Positions 9,689 to 19,526 of a DNA stretch of 64,000 nucleotides are shown one piece after another. Both the position numbers and the translations under genes were made by a program. Each line of letters starts with the position of its first letter. Position 1 is the stretch's first letter. Source of the DNA: Gammaproteobacteria bacterium (lineage in GTDB: Bacteria > Pseudomonadota > Gammaproteobacteria > Eutrophobiales > Eutrophobiaceae); assembly GCA_965116495.1 (NCBI GenBank), contig OZ220696.1, forward strand, positions 1,504,001 through 1,568,000, given 5' to 3'. A model generated the notes under the pieces. The model was not told where the DNA came from, did no database searches, and saw only the letters and a program-made list of their open reading frames with translations.

Positions 9689-11314
9689 TTATTCCCCAGC
9701 TTCGGAACGCAGACCCAGTACCAGGCACAGGCAGGACAGGAGCAGTACCAGGGTAAACGGCACGGCCATGGTGATGGTGCCTGCCTGTAATGCGCTCAAG
9801 GCGTCGTCGCCGCCGCCGATTAGCAGGGCTGCCGCAATGAGACCCAGCAAAACCGCCCAGAAGGCGCGCTGGTAGCGGGGTGAATCCAGTTTTCCTCCGA
9901 CAGTGATGATGTCTACAACCAGCGAACCGGAATCGGCCGAGGTGATAAAAAAAGTCAGTACCAGCACCACGGCCACCAGTGAAGCAAGGATGGTAAACGG
10001 CAGGTTCTCCAGCATATGGAACAGCGCCAGGGAGGGATCGTCAATGCCGCCCGCCAGTGCCCCGACACCCTGCTGGACCTGGTCCAGCGCAATGGCGCCG
10101 AACACCGACATCCAGATGGCGCTGACCAGTGCCGGCAGCAGCAACACTGCCGTTACGAACTCCCTGACTGTACGGCCCCTGGAAATACGGGCGATAAACA
10201 CGCCGACAAAAGGCGACCAGGAGATCCACCAGGCCCAATAAAACACGGTCCAGCCCTTGTACCATGCCTCATCTTCCCGACTGACCCAGTGGCTCAATGG
10301 AATGAAGTATGTCAGGTAGTGTGACAGGTTCTCACCGACGGCGGAAACAGCCGGTAAAGTGGGGCCGGCAACGACAACGAAAACAAGGAGCGACAGGGCA
10401 ACCGCTATATTGAAGTTGCTCAATACCTTGACACCCCGGTTCAGGCCGCGCATGACCGATATGATGGCAATCGCCGTGATCACGGCGATAATCAACAGTT
10501 GTGTCGTCAACCCGTTGTCAACGCCAAATACTGAGTGCAGCCCTCCAGTGGCTTGCTTCGCGCCCAGGCCAAGGGAAGTAGCCAGACCGAAGATGGTGGC
10601 AAAGACAGCCACCACGTCAATGACATGGCCCGGCCAGCGCCAGCAATACTCACCGAACAACGGATAAAATATGGAGCGGGTCACCAGCGGCAATCCCTTG
10701 TTGAATGAAAAAAAGGCCAGGGACAGCGCCACCACGGCAAAGATAGCCCAGGGGTGCAGGCCCCAGTGGAACAGTGTCGCCCCCATCGCAACGGCTGCCG
10801 CTTCCGGCGAATGGGGCTGTACATTCAGCGGCGTACCCGACCAGTTCGTGTAATAGGCGACCGGTTCGGCTACGCACCAGAACATCAGGCCGATACCCAT
10901 ACCTGCGGCAAACAGCATGGAAAACCAGGATAGCCGGGAAAACTCTGGTACCGCCGCCTCTCCGCCCAGGCGTACCTTCCCCCAGGGCAGCACGATCAAC
11001 AGCAGGCAAAAGATAACAAAAAAATTGCCGGAGATCATGACCAGCCAGTCGAAGTTTCCTATTGACCAGCTCTTGGCCTGTTCAAGAATCGCCTTCGCGT
11101 CCCGGGGGAATAATAACGTCCCTATTACGAAACCGATGGTGATGACCGCAGTGATAAAAAACACCGGGTTATGCAGTTCCATTCCAAACATGCGGACGTT
11201 GTCCTGGCCCACTTTATGAGAACTGTCGTAACGATTGCCGGATTGCACTATATATCTGATTGAACGAAGTTTTTCTTCCCTGACACTATAACCCGGAACA
11301 GGATGTAAATCCAT
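9689..11314 (-). CDS. BCCT family transporter (start uncertain)
   Basis: WFSMLFAAGMGIGLMFW, FHWGLHPWA, WTVFYWAWWISWSPFVG. Confidence 0.93.
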   Translation of the reverse strand: MDLHPVPGYSVREEKLRSIRYIVQSGNRYDSSHKVGQDNVRMFGMELHNPVFFITAVITIGFVIGTLLFPRDAKAILEQAKSWSIGNFDWLVMISGNFFVIFCLLLIVLPWGKVRLGGEAAVPEFSRLSWFSMLFAAGMGIGLMFWCVAEPVAYYTNWSGTPLNVQPHSPEAAAVAMGATLFHWGLHPWAIFAVVALSLAFFSFNKGLPLVTRSIFYPLFGEYCWRWPGHVIDVVAVFATIFGLATSLGLGAKQATGGLHSVFGVDNGLTTQLLIIAVITAIAIISVMRGLNRGVKVLSNFNIAVALSLLVFVVVAGPTLPAVSAVGENLSHYLTYFIPLSHWVSREDEAWYKGWTVFYWAWWISWSPFVGVFIARISRGRTVREFVTAVLLLPALVSAIWMSVFGAIALDQVQQGVGALAGGIDDPSLALFHMLENLPFTILASLVAVVLVLTFFITSADSGSLVVDIITVGGKLDSPRYQRAFWAVLLGLIAAALLIGGGDDALSALQAGTITMAVPFTLVLLLSCLCLVLGLRSEAGE

Positions 11315-11479
11315 GTACCGATTGTACTTGACTACCTGCAAAATTAATGGAAAATTGCGCCACCTGCCGATAAGGAGGTGACAGAAGCCACCCATAAACT
11401 CAGGGGTTCAGACACTAATCGGGTTACTACTCTTGAAGCATTCAGGTCAACAAATAAAAAAAGCCGCGGATCCTGGCAG

Positions 11480-11790
11480 AGCGGTTTTTCCGTTGCCGAA
11501 AGCGCCTTGCTGGTAGGCACCCTGATGTTCGGCGGGTTGGCGCTGCTGCTGCCGGTCGGCGGGTTGTCAGGCCCCGTACTCAGTACCCAGGTGATGAAGT
11601 TCTTCGGTCCGGGCAGCCTGTATTACTTCGTGGCCCTGGTTTACCTGTTCATGGCGCTGTTCACCCTGTACCGGATGTCGGTGCGAGCGCCGATTACCGC
11701 CGGGGAGCAATCCCACGGCATGGCGGTCATATTGCAGACCTCACAGGTCATCGTGGCCGAGGCGATGTATGAAACGACCCAAAATCCTCT
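11480..11790 (+). pseudogene. C-terminal remnant of an MFS transporter (YcaD-like), apparently internally deleted
   Basis: GFSVAESALL...GGLALLLPVG joined directly to GLSGP...GPGSLYYF...YRMSVRAP; no N-terminal half. Confidence 0.5.
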
Positions 11791-11850
11791 CAGCTTCCTT
11801 CGTCAGGACCATCAACCAACCCGGCCGCTACGGCGACGGCCGCGGAGGTC
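11769..11850 (+). pseudogene. N-terminal stub of a P4-like tyrosine integrase (arm-binding domain)
   Basis: MKRPKILSASFVRTINQPGRYGDGRGG matches the LxxxxV...PGRYxDGxG start of arm-binding domains; truncated at the RTX gene stop. Confidence 0.6.
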
Positions 11851-14482
11851 AGTGCATTACCGTCACTTCGTCCACAAAGAACACAAAATGGGCGTCCATC
11901 AAATCTGCCACATCCAAGTCCTTAAGCGTAACCGTTCCGCCACCATGGGAAGCCAAATCGATGACGAGACCGTTATCCTGTTGTAGTATGTCCAGGTCTT
12001 CCACAGACTGAATGTCCACAAACGCGGCAAGGTCCAATTTGTCTTCGCCATTGCCGAAATCCAGGATAGTGTCATTACCCTCCCCGGTGGCGAAAAAGGT
12101 ATCATCGCCTTCACCCCCATCCAGCACATCATCATCGGGGCCGCCCCGAAGCCGGTCATCGCCGGGACCACCTTCCAGGGTATCATTGCCGATGCCCCCG
12201 TAAAGCTTGTCATCACCGGGCCCGCCCAGCAACAAATCATCGCCGCCGCCGGGACCGCCGTACAACACGTCATTGCCGGCATCAGCGTCGATCCTGTTGT
12301 CTCTGAGATCACCCGCCAATACATCATCGAAGGTGGAGCCCAGGAGATTTTCTATGTCAGGCACCTCCATGGTCTGTACGTTGCCCTCGGAGTCGGTATA
12401 TTCGACTACATCCGTGCCCGCAAAAATATCACCTTCGGCCTCACCACCACTGGCCGTGCCGTCATGCAAACGCACTACCACACCTTCAGAGAAAAATATG
12501 GCCCCAAACAGGTAGGTAGCAGTGTCATTGCCTTCTCCGCCACGCAGCAGGTCCGCACCGGGACCCCCATTCAGCCAGTCATCACCTTCCCTGCCGTCCA
12601 ACTCGTCATCACCTCGGTCGCCACTGATGCGGTTGGGGCCATGGGCGCCGACCAATATGTCATCATAGACAGAACCTACCAGATCTTCGACATCAGGCAC
12701 TTCAATCTCCACGGTATCACCCGCGGAATTTATGTGCTCAACTGTCTTGCGACCGGGAAAGCTGTCGCCCTCAGCATCACCGCCCAGAGCCGTGCCATCA
12801 TACAAACGCACTTCCACAGCCTCGTCTGAATACAAATAATAGGCCAGATCATTACCAGCGCCGCCCCGCAGCACGTCGGCGCCTGCGCGGCCTTCCAGCA
12901 GATCATGGCCGCCTCTGCCGTCCAACTCATCATCGCCCCCGCGGCCTACCAATCGGTTCGACCCATCAGAGCCGACCAGTATGTCATCATGATAATAGCT
13001 GCCATACAGGTTCTCGATGTCAGGGATCTCAATTTCCACGCTATCACCCGCGGCGTTTTCGTACTCAATCGTCTGCTTGCCGGGAAAGGTATCGCCATCG
13101 GCATAGCCTCCGCGAGCCACACCGTCATGCAGGCTTACTTCCACCCCTTCATTCGATGAGAAGTAGCCGACTGTATCATTGCCCTCACCACCAATAAGCA
13201 CATCCGCGCCAGCGCCGCCCCAAAGCCTGTCATTGCCTTCCTTGCCATCCAGCGTATCATCACCGTAATAACCCCACAGCCAGTTTGCATCCTGGTTACC
13301 GACCAGCACGTCTTCATGGACAGAGCCAAACAGGTCGGAGATATCAAGAATCTCGATTTCCGTTACTTCCTTATCCGCACCAGGGAAGTAAAATGAAAGC
13401 AAGCCCTCCACAGAACCGGGTAAGTCGAAGTCCCACTCCACGGCTCCACCCCGCGTTTGCTCTATGGTCTTCGTGTTAGGAAATGTATCTCCTTCTGCAT
13501 CGCCACCACGAGCCGTGCCGTCATCCAGGCGCACCTCCACGCCGGCGTCGGAATACTGGTAGGAAGCAATATCCCAGTTGCCACTGCCAATGAGGGTGTC
13601 CGCGCCGGGACCGCCTTCGAGCCAGTCCCATCCTGCCCCGCCGTCCAGTACGTCATTACCGGGACCACCGATGAGCCGGGTGTGAAAGTAGTCGCTTGCC
13701 TCCGTGCCGGTAAGGCTCAGCGCTTCCGCGTTAATGTCATACACTGCCAACTGGTAGCGGCCGGAATTGTCCTGGGTCGGGTTACCCGTGAAGGCGCCGA
13801 CGCTGAGGTAGTACGTGGCCGTGACCTCGGGTGAGAACATCAGCTTTGAATTAACCATCCCCGCGGCATAGTCCACGTCGTCATGAAAGCCCACCTGCTC
13901 CCCTGCCTGGTTGTAAATCCTGAGCACTGTATCCGTGTCCGCATCAGGCCCGATACCTTGCAGCCTGATGTCATAGGTTTTCCCTTCGCTCAGCTCTACC
14001 TTGATCCAGTCCTGGTCAAACTTGCTGTCCAGCGTGCCCTGGAATCGCCCGCCCACAGAAACTGTCAGGAGGGTCTCAAGGTTATCGTCTGCCTCGTCAA
14101 ATACGGTAATTTCATAAGTGCCGACGTTATCCCTGCGCTGGCTCGGATAACCGCTGGCGCTGAGGTAATACGCACCGGTGTGTTCCGGGCTGAACTCCAG
14201 CATGGAGAAGAGGTTGTAGGATTCATTTTCGATATCGTCATTGCTGGCAACCTCCTGGCCCTCGGAGTCGTAAATCGTCAGCACGGTATCCGTCACTGCA
14301 TCGGGCCCGGTGCCGCTGAGCCTGATGTTATAGTTTCTCCCTTCCACCAGCTCAACCCTGATCCAGTCCTCATCAGACCTGTCCGATATAACGCCTTCAA
14401 AGCCCTCACCGACGGATATTGTGTATGCCGTGTCAATAGATGCGGTCGCATCCCGAGTATTGTCTTCAGTCGAATGTGTCAT
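11849..14482 (-). CDS. RTX/haemolysin-type Ca-binding repeat protein with two N-terminal PPC-like domains
   Basis: Many GGxGxDxL nonapeptides; four SDxGVxVxL.DGTA.GG.AEGD.F modules; two DxDW...L..G..Y...DTVL.IY domains; C-terminal DxIxDF...DKLDL; very acidic. Confidence 0.9.
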   Translation of the reverse strand: MTHSTEDNTRDATASIDTAYTISVGEGFEGVISDRSDEDWIRVELVEGRNYNIRLSGTGPDAVTDTVLTIYDSEGQEVASNDDIENESYNLFSMLEFSPEHTGAYYLSASGYPSQRRDNVGTYEITVFDEADDNLETLLTVSVGGRFQGTLDSKFDQDWIKVELSEGKTYDIRLQGIGPDADTDTVLRIYNQAGEQVGFHDDVDYAAGMVNSKLMFSPEVTATYYLSVGAFTGNPTQDNSGRYQLAVYDINAEALSLTGTEASDYFHTRLIGGPGNDVLDGGAGWDWLEGGPGADTLIGSGNWDIASYQYSDAGVEVRLDDGTARGGDAEGDTFPNTKTIEQTRGGAVEWDFDLPGSVEGLLSFYFPGADKEVTEIEILDISDLFGSVHEDVLVGNQDANWLWGYYGDDTLDGKEGNDRLWGGAGADVLIGGEGNDTVGYFSSNEGVEVSLHDGVARGGYADGDTFPGKQTIEYENAAGDSVEIEIPDIENLYGSYYHDDILVGSDGSNRLVGRGGDDELDGRGGHDLLEGRAGADVLRGGAGNDLAYYLYSDEAVEVRLYDGTALGGDAEGDSFPGRKTVEHINSAGDTVEIEVPDVEDLVGSVYDDILVGAHGPNRISGDRGDDELDGREGDDWLNGGPGADLLRGGEGNDTATYLFGAIFFSEGVVVRLHDGTASGGEAEGDIFAGTDVVEYTDSEGNVQTMEVPDIENLLGSTFDDVLAGDLRDNRIDADAGNDVLYGGPGGGDDLLLGGPGDDKLYGGIGNDTLEGGPGDDRLRGGPDDDVLDGGEGDDTFFATGEGNDTILDFGNGEDKLDLAAFVDIQSVEDLDILQQDNGLVIDLASHGGGTVTLKDLDVADLMDAHFVFFVDEVTVMH

Positions 14483-14747
14483 TGCCTCTCCCCTGTCATG
14501 AAAAAAAACTCAGCCCGCCTATAATGGGCCAACTCAAATAATATACTATTTTAATGATGTTTAGTTTCTCTAGAAATGCAAATTGGTGACCTCCTCCCTA
14601 AATATTTACCCACCTGTCGCTTAATATTTTCCCATAAACAACGATCCATCAATCAGTTCTGATAATAGACAAAGTGATAACTTAATGATTTAATATCATA
14701 TTAATTTACTATAATATCAATGAGTTATAAATTACAAAGGGCGGAAT

Positions 14748-15563
14748 TCAATTCCGTCCCCGTATCCTTGTAACATCGGGGATGAAGAGTTGCTCGCCTG
14801 AAATCCTGAATTCACGAATAATACGCTGCCCCTGCTCTCCCCGGATGAAGTCCACGTATTTCTGCGCCAGCGCCGTTTGGATATGGGGGTGTTTTTCGGG
14901 ATTAATGAGGATAACGTGGTAAGGATTGCGTAGCTCCGCTGCGCCTTGATGGACGATTACCAAATCTGTCTTGCCTTTAAATGCCAGGTACGTGCCCCTG
15001 TCAGACAGCGTGTACGCCTGCCTGTCATCGGTGATCTTCAATACGGCGCCCATTCCCTGGCCGACAGACAAGTACCATTCCCCTTCCGGCATGACGCGGG
15101 CCGCCTGCCAGAGAGCTATTTCTTTCTTGTGTGTCCCCGAAGCATCCCCTCTCGAGATAAAACCGGCAGCGGATTGTGCAATCCGAGTCATGGCGTCTGC
15201 CAGGGAATTCGCCGCGGCCACGGCTGCCGGGTCTGCGGCCGGACCGGCCAGGACAAAATCGTTGTGCATGACAGGCAGACGTTCCACACCGTAGCCGCTC
15301 TGCACGAATTCCTGTTCCGCTGCCGGCGCGTGAACCATGACCACGTCCACGTCGCCGTTCTCCGCCAGACGCAAGGCCTTGCCGCTGCCGACGGCGATCA
15401 CATCCACCGTGACGTTGTACCGCTCTTCAAAAGGCGGGTGCAGCAGGGATAGCAAGCCCGAGTTTTCCGTGCTGGTGGTGGTGGCCAGCCTTAATCGTTG
15501 TTCCGCACAAACAGTGTTTGAAATTAAAACTGCCGAGAGTAATGAGCATAAAACTCTCTTCAT
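14748..15563 (-). CDS. tupA: Tungstate (or vanadate) ABC transporter substrate-binding protein
   Basis: Signal peptide; LATTTSTENSGLL, DVVMVHAP, SRGDASGTHKKE, GQGMG. Confidence 0.88.
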   Translation of the reverse strand: MKRVLCSLLSAVLISNTVCAEQRLRLATTTSTENSGLLSLLHPPFEERYNVTVDVIAVGSGKALRLAENGDVDVVMVHAPAAEQEFVQSGYGVERLPVMHNDFVLAGPAADPAAVAAANSLADAMTRIAQSAAGFISRGDASGTHKKEIALWQAARVMPEGEWYLSVGQGMGAVLKITDDRQAYTLSDRGTYLAFKGKTDLVIVHQGAAELRNPYHVILINPEKHPHIQTALAQKYVDFIRGEQGQRIIREFRISGEQLFIPDVTRIRGRN

Positions 15564-15770
15564 TGCTAATTTAATTTCATGCCATCGGCCATTGTCATCA
15601 CGTCTTGCAGGTATTTGTCATAGTAGTATCTGAGTTGTGAATCTTGTGTACGAAAAGCATAGCAAACATCCCCCTTGTAAATTTTCTACTAATTTCCAGT
15701 GGCTGGAAGATTGTACCAATTTTCACTATGATCTAAATTTTGGTTCTTCAGACTTTTCTGTGGGTTCATA

Positions 15771-18209
15771 TTAAGCTGTGAGGCGTTCGTTGTCGGGGTC
15801 GAACGGGCTCTCCGGGACCACGACGGCCCGGTAGTTTTTGTTGAGGATATCGATCTCCATTTCAGTGCCTGCTACCGCGTATTCCGGCTTAACCATACCC
15901 AACGCCAGGGATTTGCCGACCCGGAAGCCAAAACCGCCTCCGGTGGCGCGCCCGATCAGTTCGCCATCCCTGGTCAGGGCATTGTTTCCCAGCGCATCGG
16001 CATCATCTGTGTCATGGACTTCCAGGGTGGCCAGTCTGTAGTTGAGACCGCGTTCCCTGCCTGCCAGCAGTTGTTCGCGGCCCAGGAAGTCCCCCTTATC
16101 CGGGAATACGAAGCGGTCCATTGCCGATTCCCAGGCGGAGTATTCGATGGACAACTCGGTGCCTACCATGCGATAGGATTTCTCCAGGCGCAGCGAATCC
16201 ATGGCGCGGATGCCGAAAGGCTGCAGACCCAGGTCTTCACCGGCTTTAAACAGCGCATCGAACAACGCGTTCTGCCGGTCGATGGGGTGATGCAGTTCCC
16301 AGCCCAGTTCGCCCACGTAGTTCAGCCGCAGGGCATGCACCGGTATCCCGGCCATATCGACCTGCCTGGCAGCCAGGAACGGGAATGCCCTATTGGACAA
16401 ATCATCAGTAGACACGCGTTGCAACAAGTGACGGGCAAAAGGACCGGCAACGACGAATACGCCGATGTTGTCGGTCAGGTGCTCGTAGTTAACCGAACCG
16501 TCGGCGGGCATAAATTTTGCCAGGTAATCGTGATCCAGTCTTTGCAATGCGGCAGCCGACACCAGGTAGAACGAATCTTCGGCCTCGCGGGTGATGGTAA
16601 ATTCTGAATGGATACCGCCGCGCCGGTTGAGTGAATGGCAGAGACGTATCCGTCCTGTCTTTGCGGGCAACCGGTTGGCGACCATGAAGTCCAGAAACGC
16701 CTCGGCGCCCGGCCCTGATATCCGGCACTTGGCAAATGGCGTCATATCCAGCAGCCCTACTCTCCGGTTCACGTGCAGCGCCTCTTTTCCAATGGCTTCG
16801 AACCAGCGCGACCTGCGGAACGACCATTCATCCTGCCGTAGCATGCCGTCTACGGCAAACCAGTTAGGCCGCTCCCAACCGAATTTCTGCCCGAATACGG
16901 CCCCCATTTCCATCAGACGGCCATAACAGGGCGCGGTCTTCAGCGGGCGGGCCGCCGGCCGCTCCTCATCGGGGTAATGGATGATGAACACATGGGAGTA
17001 GGCTTCCTTATTCTTTTTGACGAGATAATCCTTACTGACGTAATCGCCATAGCGGCGCGGCTCAACCCCCAGCATGTCAATACCGGGTTCACCTTCGACT
17101 ATCCATTCCGCCAGTTGCCTGCCGGCGCCGCCGGCTGCGGTAATACCAAAGCTGTGGCCTTCGTTGAGCCAGAAGTTCCTCAGGCCCCAGGCCGGACCGA
17201 CGATGGGGTTGCCGTCCGGGGTGTAGGCGATAGCACCGTTGTATACCTGCTTGATGCCGCATTCGGCAAAGGCCGGCACCCGGTTCATCGCTGCCTCGAT
17301 ATGGGGTTCCAGGCGCTCGATATCTTCCTGGAACAGTTCATATTCTGCGGTCTCGTCGGGACCGTCCACGTAACAGCAGGGCGCACCTCTCTCATAGGGA
17401 CCCAGGATAAATCCCTGGTTTTCCTCGCGCAGGTACCAGGAGCCGTCGGATTCACGCAGGACAGCCATCTCAGGCAGGTCCTGCCCGGCCCGGGCAACCA
17501 GGTCGGGGTGGGATTCCGTCACGATATACTGGTGTTCAACCGGCATCACCGGGATGTCCAGACCGACCATGGCCCCGGTGCGGCGGGCATAGTTGCCCGT
17601 CGCGGAGACGACGTGTTCGCAGGTGATGTCGCCTCTTGCGGTCCTGACCCGCCATTCCCCCGTGGCGCTGCGTTCAATGCCTTCGACCATGGTGTTGCGG
17701 TAAATCAGCGCACCGCGCGCCCGGGCGCCTTTTGCCAGGGCCTGGGTCAGGTCAGCCGGCTGGATATAACCGTCTTCAGGATGGAACAGCGCGCCGACCA
17801 ACCCGTCCGTATTGCACAGGGGCCAGATTTCTCCTATTTGTCCCGGTGTCAGGAATTCAACATTGACCCCAATAGTGCGGGCAGTCGCCGCGTATTGATA
17901 GTACTCATCCATACGCTCCCGGTTCATGGCCAGGCGCAGGTTGCCGACCCGCTTGAAGCCGACCTGTTGTCCGGTTTCAGCCTCAAGTTGCTGGTAAAGA
18001 TTTACCGAATATTTGTGGATCTGGCCGACGCTGTAGCTCATGTTGAACAGCGGCAGCAGGCCGGCAGCATGCCAGGTGGAACCGGACGTCAGTTCCGCTT
18101 TTTCCACCAGCACGACATCTTCCCCCCAGCCTTTTAGGGCCAGGTGATACAGGGTGCTGACACCGACAACACCGCCGCCTATAACCACTACCCGGGCGTG
18201 TGTTTTCAT
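15771..18209 (-). CDS. GcvT-family FAD-dependent oxidoreductase (dimethylglycine dehydrogenase-like)
   Basis: GGGVVG, STWHAAG, YTPDGNP, GWERPNWF, GELGWELH, SLRLEK. Confidence 0.92.
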   Translation of the reverse strand: MKTHARVVVIGGGVVGVSTLYHLALKGWGEDVVLVEKAELTSGSTWHAAGLLPLFNMSYSVGQIHKYSVNLYQQLEAETGQQVGFKRVGNLRLAMNRERMDEYYQYAATARTIGVNVEFLTPGQIGEIWPLCNTDGLVGALFHPEDGYIQPADLTQALAKGARARGALIYRNTMVEGIERSATGEWRVRTARGDITCEHVVSATGNYARRTGAMVGLDIPVMPVEHQYIVTESHPDLVARAGQDLPEMAVLRESDGSWYLREENQGFILGPYERGAPCCYVDGPDETAEYELFQEDIERLEPHIEAAMNRVPAFAECGIKQVYNGAIAYTPDGNPIVGPAWGLRNFWLNEGHSFGITAAGGAGRQLAEWIVEGEPGIDMLGVEPRRYGDYVSKDYLVKKNKEAYSHVFIIHYPDEERPAARPLKTAPCYGRLMEMGAVFGQKFGWERPNWFAVDGMLRQDEWSFRRSRWFEAIGKEALHVNRRVGLLDMTPFAKCRISGPGAEAFLDFMVANRLPAKTGRIRLCHSLNRRGGIHSEFTITREAEDSFYLVSAAALQRLDHDYLAKFMPADGSVNYEHLTDNIGVFVVAGPFARHLLQRVSTDDLSNRAFPFLAARQVDMAGIPVHALRLNYVGELGWELHHPIDRQNALFDALFKAGEDLGLQPFGIRAMDSLRLEKSYRMVGTELSIEYSAWESAMDRFVFPDKGDFLGREQLLAGRERGLNYRLATLEVHDTDDADALGNNALTRDGELIGRATGGGFGFRVGKSLALGMVKPEYAVAGTEMEIDILNKNYRAVVVPESPFDPDNERLTA

Positions 18210-18277
18210 GGTTTTAGGTACCTGGTAATGAGATCACACAGACACGCATATTAAGCGGCAGAAAATGACCGCTTAAT

Positions 18278-18313
18278 CACGAGAACGACCGGGATTAGTC
18301 AAAATACGCCATC
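18278..18313 (-). promoter_or_regulatory. Possible GlxA/GbdR-type binding site
   Basis: On the minus strand, TGGCGT and GGTCGT lie 21 bp apart upstream of the dehydrogenase; resemblance only. Confidence 0.3.
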
Positions 18314-18356
18314 AGAAAGGGAATCCTGATCCTGATGGCCATCCCTGGCTCTCTCC

Positions 18357-18395
18357 AATTCCTGCTTCCTAATTCCTAATTCTTAATTCCTAATT
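18357..18395. repeat. Heptamer tandem array (AATTCCT variants)
   Basis: About 5 units; contains the stop codon of the Dke1-like gene. Confidence 0.8.
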
Positions 18396-18857
18396 TTCTT
18401 CTTTTGCTGCCTGCGCGGCATCCCAGGCTTCCTGGACGGTCTGCCAGGTCACCAGGGCAACGGTATTACCATCATCGTCAACAAAATTCAGGGGGCCGAG
18501 AAACGTCATGTAAAACTCACTGTCTTCAAGAAAGTTTGTCAACCCATGAAAAGCCTGGCATGCCTCGTAGCCGTAGGCGGGGGCTTTTACGCTGACGCCA
18601 CCTTCTTCTTCGCCGCCCCGGACTTCCATGTGACCTTTCGTCAGGAAATATTCGCCGGGACCGATATGTACGTGGCTGGCAAAAGACGAGCCTTTCGGGC
18701 AATCGTATATGGCTGCCCAGGAACCCAGTTCGGGCGCCACGTTCAACAATTTCCAGCGTATGCCGCCCTGGCTCAACGGCCCCGGAAAATCTACCCAGTC
18801 AACTTCATCGATCTGCACAGAACGGCCGGGGACAGGGTCATACTTTTGTGGATTCAT
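18390..18857 (-). CDS. dke1: Acetylacetone-cleaving (beta-diketone) dioxygenase, 3-His cupin
   Basis: Long blocks match Acinetobacter Dke1 as I recall it: GSSFASH.H.GPGEYFLTKG.MEVRGGE.EGG and FYMTFLGPLNF.DD.G. The three His ligands are present. Confidence 0.88.
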   Translation of the reverse strand: MNPQKYDPVPGRSVQIDEVDWVDFPGPLSQGGIRWKLLNVAPELGSWAAIYDCPKGSSFASHVHIGPGEYFLTKGHMEVRGGEEEGGVSVKAPAYGYEACQAFHGLTNFLEDSEFYMTFLGPLNFVDDDGNTVALVTWQTVQEAWDAAQAAKEEN

Positions 18858-18893
18858 GTTATTACCTCCTCATATATCAGGTTTTTTTACTGG

Positions 18894-19430
18894 TTACTGG
18901 TTACATAAAGCTGCCGATATTCCTGCTTCCAGTATTTCAATCCAGTATCCGTCCGGATCTTTAATGAAAGCGATACCCTTCATCTTGCCGTCATCCGGCC
19001 GCTTGACGAATTCTACCCCTAACTCCTCGAAGCGGCTACAGGCTTGATAAACATCGGGAACGGACAGTCCTATGTGGCCGTAACCACGCGGGTCATTGTT
19101 ACCGTTATGGTAACCATCAAATGATTCGTCATTTTCCGTGCCCCAGTTATGGGTCAGTTCCAGTAACGCTTTTTGCTCAAACGTGTAGGTTGTCCGTTCC
19201 AGCGGGTCCTGTGGAACAGGCCCATCTTCCGGCCGGACATAGCCCATAAAGAACAACGAGAATTCCATCTCGGGGAAGTCAAGTTTCTTGACCAGGGTCA
19301 TGCCCAGCACGTCCCGGTAAAACGCAAGGGAACGTTCCGGGTCCTTGATGCGAAGCATGGTCTGGTTGAATACAAACCCTTCCGTTTCAGGGGACTTCGT
19401 AATGCCGCCCTCTTGAACCGTATCACTCAT
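18894..19430 (-). CDS. gloA: Lactoylglutathione lyase (glyoxalase I, long Zn-type)
   Basis: [46 protein letters not shown]. Confidence 0.95.
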   Translation of the reverse strand: MSDTVQEGGITKSPETEGFVFNQTMLRIKDPERSLAFYRDVLGMTLVKKLDFPEMEFSLFFMGYVRPEDGPVPQDPLERTTYTFEQKALLELTHNWGTENDESFDGYHNGNNDPRGYGHIGLSVPDVYQACSRFEELGVEFVKRPDDGKMKGIAFIKDPDGYWIEILEAGISAALCNQ

Positions 19431-19526
19431 TGCGTATATACCCTTTTCAATCTCTCACAGAGCCTTACATGACCCGTCCCTGGGCATAACTTTAACCCGT
19501 GACTGCGTTTACAGGAACCGTATCCA

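Noticed and set aside
11378-11986. 202-aa ORF as a real gene
   Set aside because: Chimera of intergenic DNA, the MFS remnant and antisense RTX sequence.
16977-18137. Long antisense or alternative-frame ORFs (also 8030-9130, 46386-47342, 62493-63380)
   Set aside because: Shadows of well-supported genes in GC-rich DNA, with no motifs.
18390-18857. Cupin DMSP lyase (DddK/Q/W) call
   Set aside because: The sequence matches Dke1 blocks much better than my recollection of Ddd cupins.
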